Assembly: GCF_028683095.1 (NCBI RefSeq)
Contig: NZ_JAJUBC010000028.1
Location: 1 to 64,000, forward strand
DNA from: Enterovibrio gelatinilyticus
GTDB taxonomy: Bacteria > Pseudomonadota > Gammaproteobacteria > Enterobacterales > Vibrionaceae
Direction of reading: 5' to 3'
Length of the DNA stretch: 64,000 bases
Positions within the stretch are counted from its first letter, which is position 1. Every line of letters begins with the position of its first letter. A model generated the notes under the pieces. It was not told the DNA's origin. It searched no databases and worked only from the letters and a program-made list of their open reading frames with translations. A program made the translations under genes and the position numbers. This document shows, piece by piece, positions 1 through 7,900 of the stretch.

Positions 1-1
1 T

Positions 2-526
2 TTCCTCCTCCCATTCTCTGTTGCCGCTAATGATTTTTCTGGTCATCGGGTGGGTATTGGTTTTACCACTACTGATATTGAAAACACACAAGGTGAGCGT
101 GTTGATTGGGGATCTGGCTTCAAACTCGAGTATGGTTACGACATCAACAGAATCTTCGGTGTAAACCTTTCCTATAGCAACACCAGTGACAGTGTTCAGT
201 ACTATTTCAACTCACAACGTTTCGGTGCAGACCTCAGTACCAATACGTTCAAATTTGACGCTGACATCGGATACACCTTCCAACAGAACAATTTTTCCAT
301 TAAGCCTTATGGCGCAGTCGGTTTTGCGAATTACAAAGACACACTGGATATCCACTTTGGCGATTCCAACTCCTCGTCTCGATCCTATAAAGAGTCAGCG
401 CCTTACTTTGGTATCGGCGTTAGAGGGGCTTTAACTCAAGGTCTCTATGCCGATTTACGACTCGATTACCTGATGGATGATGCATATACCGATCAGTTTT
501 CTTTAACTGTTGGCTATAAATTCTAA
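2..526 (+). CDS. Outer-membrane beta-barrel protein (OmpA-like TM / OmpW-like small porin family), 5' end truncated by window start
   Basis: The frame is open back to the window edge. Alternating hydrophobic/aromatic beta-strand pattern, with a C-terminal ...TVGYKF ending in Phe, typical of OM barrels. An N-terminal ...FSVAANDF looks like a signal-peptide cleavage region. Confidence 0.55.
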   Translation, partial: FLLPFSVAANDFSGHRVGIGFTTTDIENTQGERVDWGSGFKLEYGYDINRIFGVNLSYSNTSDSVQYYFNSQRFGADLSTNTFKFDADIGYTFQQNNFSIKPYGAVGFANYKDTLDIHFGDSNSSSRSYKESAPYFGIGVRGALTQGLYADLRLDYLMDDAYTDQFSLTVGYKF

Positions 527-550
527 CCCTCCGCTATTAGGAAAGATCTC

Positions 551-1042
551 ATGATAAAAAAATTACTCTGTGCGGCGACACTTTTCACTAGCTCCTTTGC
601 CGCTGCGGATGTTCACTTTTCTCCTGACCTAAAAATGGGCTTACAGTGGGGTATTGGCGCGCAGCTGGGGGTTCAAGATGTGATGGGTTTCGAGGCTGTT
701 TATGGCAGCTTTGGTATATCCGACTCTCACTGGTTTTCTGACAAAGAGTCTATCAAACACTACCGAGTCGGTGTGCAGTACGAAGAGAAAAAGTATCAAG
801 CATACTCGGTACAAATGGAGGCAGGACTCGCTGAGTATAAAGGGAGCCGAAATTACTACGGTAGAGACCGCGAGGATCTCAAAGCCTACGGGCCGAGTGT
901 AGCCGCCGCACTAGTGTTTGATTACAACTTACCGATCAAAATACGTTACGGGCTTGAGTTGAATTACTTCCGACACCAAGAGACCTACTTACCAAGTGGT
1001 TTGTCTCCTCAGATCAATGTCGGCGTTATCCTTCCCCTTTAG
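551..1042 (+). CDS. Small outer-membrane beta-barrel protein, tandem paralogue of the upstream gene
   Basis: Signal peptide MIKKLLCAATLFTSSFAAA, then amphipathic beta-strand periodicity rich in Y/G/F. About 163 aa. The start lies 24 bp after the upstream OMP gene. Confidence 0.5.
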   Translation: MIKKLLCAATLFTSSFAAADVHFSPDLKMGLQWGIGAQLGVQDVMGFEAVYGSFGISDSHWFSDKESIKHYRVGVQYEEKKYQAYSVQMEAGLAEYKGSRNYYGRDREDLKAYGPSVAAALVFDYNLPIKIRYGLELNYFRHQETYLPSGLSPQINVGVILPL

Positions 1043-1209
1043 GGAGTGTTATACCCATAAATGGATATACATAATAAATGTGCGCCAACTTCAACCTTTT
1101 AGGGACAGCGCACCTTTGCCATGTTTCTATACCAAAGGGCCAATGTACATTTAGAGACACTCTGGTAAAATGCGCAAAAATTCAAATGTGAGCATGACGA
1201 GAGCCAACT

Positions 1210-2130
1210 ATGCCAATGTATGTTGTGGGACATAAAATCCCTGATTCAGATTCAATCTGCGGTGCAATTGCACTAGCGTACCTGAAAAACCAAATCGAAG
1301 AGCCAGCTATCGCTGCACGTTTGGGTGAACTATCACCTGAAACCGCGTTTATCCTAGAGCGCTTTGGCTTCGAAGCACCAGAGCTGAAACTCAGCTACGC
1401 GGGAGAAGAGGTTTACATCGTTGACCACTCTGAACTGACTCAAGCACCGGATGATATTGCGGAAGCAACCATTGTCGGTATCGTTGATCACCACAAACTG
1501 GGTGACCTGACGACGTCTACGCCTCTAGAGTGTTGGATTCGTCCTGTTGGCTGTTCTAACACAGTTATCAAAATGATGTACGACTTCTACGGCGTCGCTA
1601 TTCCTAAAGATATCGCTGGCATCATGCTTTGCGCGATCCTAAGCGATACTGTGATCTTCAAATCACCGACCTGCACCACTGCAGATATTCGTTGCGTTGA
1701 AGATCTTGCGAAGATCGCAGGCATTGAAGACGTACAAGCACTTGGCATGGATATGTTCAACGTGAAATCTGCGGTTGCTGGTACGCCTGCACGTGACCTT
1801 GTTATGCGTGATTTCAAAGACTTCAACATGAACGGTAACTTGGTAGGTATCGGCCAACTAGAAGTTGTTGACCTGTCTGTTTTTGACGAAATCAAAGCAG
1901 AATTGGAAGCTGATATCGCAGCACTTAAAGAAGAAGGCCAACGCCACTCAGTCATGCTTCTTCTAACGGACATCATGAAAGAAGGCTCTGAGCTACTTGT
2001 TGTTTCTGATGACGTGACCATTGTTGAACGTGCATACGGCCTAGAAACTGAAAATGGCCGAGTTTGGCTTGACGGTGTATTGAGCCGTAAGAAGCAAGTG
2101 GTTCCGCCACTTCAAGACAGCTTCAACTAA
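1210..2130 (+). CDS. ppaC: Manganese-dependent inorganic pyrophosphatase, family II (DHH phosphoesterase)
   Basis: DHH family motifs (HKIPDSDS, IVDHH). The C-terminus SRKKQVVPPLQDSFN closely matches the family II PPase signature tail. 306 aa. Confidence 0.9.
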   Translation: MPMYVVGHKIPDSDSICGAIALAYLKNQIEEPAIAARLGELSPETAFILERFGFEAPELKLSYAGEEVYIVDHSELTQAPDDIAEATIVGIVDHHKLGDLTTSTPLECWIRPVGCSNTVIKMMYDFYGVAIPKDIAGIMLCAILSDTVIFKSPTCTTADIRCVEDLAKIAGIEDVQALGMDMFNVKSAVAGTPARDLVMRDFKDFNMNGNLVGIGQLEVVDLSVFDEIKAELEADIAALKEEGQRHSVMLLLTDIMKEGSELLVVSDDVTIVERAYGLETENGRVWLDGVLSRKKQVVPPLQDSFN

Positions 2131-2151
2131 GTTTTTCCTTTGAAAAATAAT

Positions 2152-2176
2152 AAAGGGCGGCTTCGCCCTTTTTTAA
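2152..2176 (+). terminator. Rho-independent terminator downstream of ppaC
   Basis: aaagggcg-gctt-cgcccttt hairpin followed by a T-run (ttttt). Confidence 0.7.
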
Positions 2177-2311
2177 CGTCCTAATTTTGAACGATGTTTT
2201 TTATTGTGCATTTCTCTTTCCACTTTTTAGTGAAATATTCGACGAATCACTATTGATGGGTGTCACAAAAAAATGCATAATCGTGCAAAATTTAGCCAAG
2301 AGGAAGACACT

Positions 2312-2425
2312 GTGTCACAAAAGATTACTGCCAAATTATCCAAGTACGCCCCACTTTTCGTAATGATGGGTGTCACTATTGCATTTACCATGATCAATGC
2401 AATGTACTGGGGTGGAGTACTCTAA
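2312..2425 (+). CDS. Possible small hydrophobic protein (37 aa; VSQKITAKLSKYAPLFVMMGVTIAFTMINAMYWGGVL)
   Basis: GTG start 6 nt after an AGAGGAAG Shine-Dalgarno. An upstream extended -10-like TGcATAAT sits at ~2283. The predicted product has a single TM-like segment. A terminator follows at 2509-2536. The ORF is below the ORF-track size cutoff. Confidence 0.3.
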   Translation: MSQKITAKLSKYAPLFVMMGVTIAFTMINAMYWGGVL

Positions 2426-2508
2426 TAAGGATACGGTGCGGTGTCATCATTGACACTGCTCTTGCTCAAGTGAATGAGCACTTCCCTCGGCACGTAAACC
2501 GAATGAAT

Positions 2509-2536
2509 AAACCCAAGCCAATCGCTTGGGTTTTTG
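2509..2536 (+). terminator. Rho-independent terminator
   Basis: acccaagc-caatc-gcttgggt hairpin followed by ttttt. Confidence 0.6.
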
Positions 2537-2654
2537 TATATTTGGGATAAAAAGTTATCGCAGATGGACAAATTAGAACGATTTATCGGACGGTGAAAGA
2601 GTTAAGCTTTGCAAGGCGAAAAACTTCAGCCAGCGGATTAAATAGATTCAGAAA

Positions 2655-2684
2655 CGAAAAAAGACGCCTTAGCGTCTTTTTTCT
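2655..2684 (-). terminator. Rho-independent terminator downstream of the minus-strand tRNA-Ser (near-palindromic, likely bidirectional)
   Basis: aagacgc-ctta-gcgtctt hairpin flanked by A-run and T-run on both sides. Confidence 0.65.
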
Positions 2685-2690
2685 TAAATA

Positions 2691-2778
2691 TGGCGGTGAG
2701 TGAGAGATTCGAACTCTCGATACGTTGCCGTATACACACTTTCCAGGCGTGCTCCTTCAGCCACTCGGACAACTCACC
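2691..2778 (-). tRNA. serW: tRNA-Ser (anticodon GGA)
   Basis: The reverse complement GGTGAGTTGTCCGAGTGGCTGAAGGAGCACGCCTGGAAAGTGTGTATACGGCAACGTATCGAGAGTTCGAATCTCTCACTCACCGCCA is near-identical to E. coli tRNA-Ser(GGA). It has a long variable arm, the anticodon loop cCTGGAAag and an encoded 3' CCA. Confidence 0.93.
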
Positions 2779-3133
2779 GTGCTTGTGTCGTTAGACTTGT
2801 CGTCTCAACGGGCGCTACTATAAGTATTTACTCTTTCAGGGTCAATGCTTTGAACAACACGTAACGTTCAATTGCTCGGCATTTAGCCAGCCCCATGCAT
2901 CACTAAACAATCTCAATTAGTAGAGCTCAGAGCCGAACCTTACCTTCAGTTTGAAGAAGGAACCTCAGGTGTGGATAAAATCACGGATACCAGCGGATTG
3001 AAACTCAAATCAATGCTCACAAACCTTCGTAATATCACGTCACAGATTCAACGCGACCCTCAAATTCACAACCCCAATAATAAACCCCAGCATTGCTGCC
3101 GAGGCTCTATGTGTATCGCAACAGAACGTTATA

Positions 3134-4195
3134 TCAAGACAAGGTCTGCTCTAACGCTTTCTTCAACTCCAGCTCTGCCTTTTCTATCACCTGCTGCGCA
3201 TGCTCGCGCTGGGCTCTGCCCTCTTTGACGCGAGACAAGGTGTTATTCAAGGTTTCAATCGTCAGCTGATTCACGGTTTCCAATGAATCCAGATCAAGAA
3301 TGCCACGCTGATAGTTCTCGGCAATTTGCTCTTCCAGCGCCTTGAGCTTCTCGGCATTCTGAACATACTGCTTGTTGGTGTAGTCTTTCACCGCACGCGT
3401 CACCTTCAACGCTTTCTCTTTTTCATAATTGGAAATCGCAATCAAGAACTGGCGTTTCCATAGCGGGAAGGTGTTATGGACGATATCTTGAATATCCTCC
3501 ATCAACATTTTATTGCCTTCCTGCGAGAGGCGAATTTGAGGCGCAGTTTGAATAGCAGCAAGACGCGTCAACTCAAGGTTGTGAACACGCTTTTCAAGAC
3601 GTGCAATCGCTTGAGAAGCATCACGGTACTTTTGCGCATCAAGGGCATCACCACTTTGCTCAGATTGCGCAAGCAAATCAGGCAGGACGTTCTGTGTGAG
3701 ATCGTTCAGTTTGTATTTACCCGCCGCGATGTACTGATCTAACCCCGCAAGCAACTCTAAGTTATGATCATAAAGCGTATCTAGCTGCGTAATATCATGC
3801 GCAAGTTTTACTTCCTGCGCTTCTAAGCTGCCTGATAACTGCTCTAATTGACCTTTCACCGAATCAAAACTCGCCGAGAATTTTTTGAAAGAATCAAAAA
3901 GTTCGCCCACCAACGGAAGCCTCGATAACAGGCTCTTCTTACCAAGGTTGTCGAACTCAGCACTGTCCATGGATGACACCATGGCGTGCAGAATATCTCC
4001 TGCCTCACCGCTGTCACGAACACGGACTTGCTCTAAGACTTCATCAGAGAATGCGGTGATCTTTTCCAACGCACCTTTACCAAAGGTAATCGTGGCAACG
4101 GTATCAAACGCATCAAACTGTTCAGCCAAAGCCACGATTTGAGGTGTCACCTCAACATCCAGCACCTGACTCTGAGGATTCGTCAATTCAGTCAT
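3134..4195 (-). CDS. TelA/YaaN-like toxic-anion-resistance family protein (all-alpha, coiled-coil), last gene of the cassette operon
   Basis: 353 aa, strongly helical and Q/E/L-rich. Its size and composition fit the TelA/KlaA family (PF05816-like). SD GGGAG lies 6 nt upstream of the ATG. The gene starts 15 bp downstream of the PLD gene. Confidence 0.45.
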   Translation of the reverse strand: MTELTNPQSQVLDVEVTPQIVALAEQFDAFDTVATITFGKGALEKITAFSDEVLEQVRVRDSGEAGDILHAMVSSMDSAEFDNLGKKSLLSRLPLVGELFDSFKKFSASFDSVKGQLEQLSGSLEAQEVKLAHDITQLDTLYDHNLELLAGLDQYIAAGKYKLNDLTQNVLPDLLAQSEQSGDALDAQKYRDASQAIARLEKRVHNLELTRLAAIQTAPQIRLSQEGNKMLMEDIQDIVHNTFPLWKRQFLIAISNYEKEKALKVTRAVKDYTNKQYVQNAEKLKALEEQIAENYQRGILDLDSLETVNQLTIETLNNTLSRVKEGRAQREHAQQVIEKAELELKKALEQTLS

Positions 4196-4210
4196 TGGAT
4201 CTCCCTGTCT

Positions 4211-4915
4211 CTATGACGGCTTATGGCAGGGAAACTTCTGCCATAGCGTTTCAAACTGCCTTGAGAACGCAGTGACAAACCTGCGATCATCGGTAAGCGT
4301 AATATCTTCCTGATTATATTTGGAGGCACTGCGCGTCCAGTTAAAACTGCCGTTAATCAGTCTTTGTTCGTCAAATATCGCAAACTTATGGTGCATATGA
4401 TACTGAGTCGTATCAATTTTGACGGCAACGCCTTGTTCGGCGAGGTACTCTACGTCACTCCCTCTGTCGTACATCTTGTCGTTGTCCGTCACGATACGCA
4501 CCTTAATCCCGCGCTTGTGAGCATCAAGAATATGCTTGGTCAAATCGTTGTCTGCAATGGTAAACACGCAGATATCAATGGAATGACGAGCGAGTTTTAG
4601 CTGTTCAATAATACCCGCAGCACACGTTCTCCCAGGCGAGAACCAACTCGTTGCGGTTTCCGCTGAACTCGCGCTCATGATGTTATCTAGCACTTTCACA
4701 ACGCGTTCCAGCCAACGTACCAGAGCTGCAGCATCGCCTTGGTTTACGATTTCTTTCTGCACCAATTTGAAACTCAAATTACGCAGATAAGAACGGTCTT
4801 CATCGCCTAACACCGATTCAGCAAGCTCAGCTTGAAGCTCTCGGCGTTCATTGTCGTCTAAGCGGTAATCTTCAATCGAGGCTTCCAGCCACGCCGACCA
4901 TTTTTGTCGATTCAT
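4211..4915 (-). CDS. Phospholipase D-like (single HKD motif) Nuc-type phosphodiesterase/nuclease-family protein
   Basis: The C-terminal domain carries HMHHKFAIFD...INGSFNWT, the canonical HxK(x4)D(x6)GSxN PLD/Nuc motif, with a single copy. There is a ~100-aa N-terminal helical extension. The ATG directly abuts the upstream stop (TAAATG), with a GGAGG SD inside the upstream gene's last codons. Confidence 0.7.
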   Translation of the reverse strand: MNRQKWSAWLEASIEDYRLDDNERRELQAELAESVLGDEDRSYLRNLSFKLVQKEIVNQGDAAALVRWLERVVKVLDNIMSASSAETATSWFSPGRTCAAGIIEQLKLARHSIDICVFTIADNDLTKHILDAHKRGIKVRIVTDNDKMYDRGSDVEYLAEQGVAVKIDTTQYHMHHKFAIFDEQRLINGSFNWTRSASKYNQEDITLTDDRRFVTAFSRQFETLWQKFPCHKPS

Positions 4916-7900
4916 TTAATTGCCTCCTTGGCTGTTACCACCAAAGCGGGCAACATGTTGGTTCAGCATGGCGAGCTGTTGTACTACTTGTCCTGCACGG
5001 TCTTCGGAATCACCCATCATTTGTTGGCGTTGATATCCGTCAGTGATTTCCTGCCAACGTCCTTGTTGTTCCGGTGTCATATCACCACGCAGTTCAGCAA
5101 GTTTCAGCAGGTTTTCTTCCGTACCCGCCGCCAATGTCTGGGCTTCACCTTGATAGTGATCTTGCAGCATGGTGTTGAGTTCTTCATCGGTCATGACTGA
5201 CGATATTTTCTCGGCAAGTTTGTTCATGTTTCGATAAGAACCCTGCAGCTTAAACGGTGGCTCAACACGATACTGATCCGCCGTAGCGGCGGATTTGATG
5301 TACTGCTGATTCACCTTGAGCACGGTTTGCTGTGCCATCATCATTTTTTGCAGCGTAGAGACAATCTCATTGGATTCGGTCGCCGAATACGAATGGCTCA
5401 TGTCACTCAGTGCAATGCTCTCCCCTTCTGCCATGCGAACAAAGCGGTAAAGGTCATTCAAGTCTCTGGTCGCTAGCGGTGCAAGTACAGAATTCGACGT
5501 CAGAGAGTTCTCAATGAAGCTGAGTTCGAACGCTTGCTTCTGATCAGACAGCATGTCACCAAGGTTGTAGATATCTGCACGGTTCGACAACATATCCGGA
5601 ATTCGGAACGCTTCACCGGTTTCGGTATACGGGTTACCCGCCATCACAACCGCGAACTTCTTGCCACGCATGTCATAGGTTTTGGTTTTGCCTTTCCACG
5701 TACCTTCAATGCGACGTGTTCCATCACACAGTGAAATGAATTTCTGAAGAAATTCAGGGTGGGTGTGCTGAATATCATCAAGATACAAGAGCACGTTGTT
5801 ACCCATTTCAAAGGCGAGGTTAATTTTTTCGATTTCGCGCGCGGCGTTTTGATCAGGCGCATCAGCAGGATCAAGTGAGGTGGCTTGGTGCCCAATAGAC
5901 GGGCCATTGATCTTCATAAACACCAAGCCAAGCTTGTGTGCTACGTATTCGATCAAGGTGGTTTTACCGTAACCCGGCGGCGAAATCAGTAGCAGCATCC
6001 CCATCAAATCGGTGCGTTTCTTATCACCCATGGTGCCCATCTGTTTGGCAAAGTTATCGCCAATCAATGGCAGATAGCTTTCGCTGATGAGTTTGTTTCG
6101 AACAAAGGATGTGAGAGGACGAGGTTTGAATTCCCCGAGTCGGAAATCATCTTTCGCGGTATTAAGGAGCTCTGTGCGTTGATTGAGGTAAGCATCAAAC
6201 TGCGGAACCACCGCAGTTCTGTGATGCTCGTTACGCTGAATAAAATCATCTAACACCAGTGTTAACTGACCTTTTTCAATGCGATCATGCTCACCCAATA
6301 AGCCGTCAATGCTGCAAAGCAGCGAGAAGTCGACACTGCCGATGGAGAAATTAGAACATGATTTCAACACAGTGATGGTCGCGGCTTCCAGAACAAACGC
6401 TTCGCCATACTGCTTACGAGACGTATAAGCAGTCAACCATTGTTTGTGATCAGCAAACGCTGTTTCAATGGCTTCATCAGCTTGATGCCAACCCAGGCTG
6501 CGACGAAACTGAAGGTAGTCTTCACAAAGTGTTAGGGCATCCTGACTGACTTCAATGTTGAGTTCACTCTGACCCAGTAAGTTCACCAGATACTCTGCAG
6601 CCTCATTCGCTTGTTCAGCCTCGAGTAACGCCACCAGCTGAGTTTGCAACAGTTGATAAGCCTCTGACGAATTCAAATGTTCACGCAATAGCTGCGCATT
6701 GATGGCTTGTTGACGATAATGTTCCACTATTTGGCTATCTTGAGCGAGCAACCACAGCAACGCAGAGGAACGGGCTGATTGGCTGAATCGTAGCAATCCC
6801 GCTTGCTGGTAGATAGGTAACACTTTGTCCAAAATACGAATGGCATCGTTGTCGTGAATACCTTTCACATAACCTTCTTTGTAGCGAGGTGCAGCGAATT
6901 TTTGTATGCACTCACTCAACGTGCCTTCTTTTTGATCGGCATAGAGCTTATCGAGACTCAACCCATCGGTATTGAGTTCAGCACCGTGCAGGATCAAGTA
7001 CGCCAAATATTCTGCGCGATACACGTCTTCGCTTTCTGATGCCACATCCAAACGGGACATAGATTGGAGCGTTAGGAAGGTTTCATCTTCAACAGATTGG
7101 TAAAAATCCGTACCCGAAATGTGCGTAGACAATTGACCGTCATGGTCAACAAGACTGAGATCGAGCGGCTGTTGATTCACACTAAAACGGTGCTTACCAA
7201 GACGAAGGACTTTACCTCCCTGCTCGAAGATATCCTGATTGTCACGCAGCGAACGCAAAGACTGATCCTGCAGTGACTTGATCTTCGAATCGACACTGTC
7301 AGCCTTCACACTGTCACCCAACTCTCGAATCGTTGTCGACAGTTGATGCAGTTTCAGCACCATTGCATCTGTTGCGAAGTAGCTGTTAAGCCCCGCCACA
7401 TCATCAAAGCGTTCAACGCGCTTTTCGATGCTCGACATGGTGACGTTAGCAGCTTGCAGAAGGTTCTGAATACGACGCTGTTGAGCCGCAATCAATTGCT
7501 GTTTGTGATTATCGAGCGTTGATTGAATTTCATCTCGTTTGGCATAAATTTCAGCGAGAAACTGGTCAAAGTCAGCAAAACGAGATTCAAGCTTGTCCAA
7601 TTGACCAACCAGTTTCGCTAGCTGATTGTCACAGTCGTCAGGACTTGTTGCCTGCTCCATCGCACTGCTAACAGATTGACTAAGCAACTTAAACTGCGCA
7701 CTGAATTCAGCTTGCGCTTCTTCACTTTGAAGGCCTTTAGACTTACCACGAAGTTTCGCGGAGACAGTATTGAGCATTGACGACACTTCCGTCGTCAAAT
7801 CTAAAATCCGTGTCGCTTGTGTCGGGTCATCCGTTTCAATATCCGTGACTTCTTCCGTCACCAATTGAAGTTCGCTTCTTAGCGTTTCAACCTGATCTTG

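Noticed and set aside
1587-2021. 144-aa and 64-aa minus-strand ORFs inside ppaC
   Set aside because: They are fully embedded antisense to a confidently identified conserved gene. Ser/Thr-rich with no start context.
3086-3108. GC hairpin (ccccagcattgctgccgaggct) just beyond the TelA stop, considered as a terminator
   Set aside because: The stem is imperfect and there is no clear T-run. It is retained only as part of the repeated spacer-unit observation, not called as a terminator.
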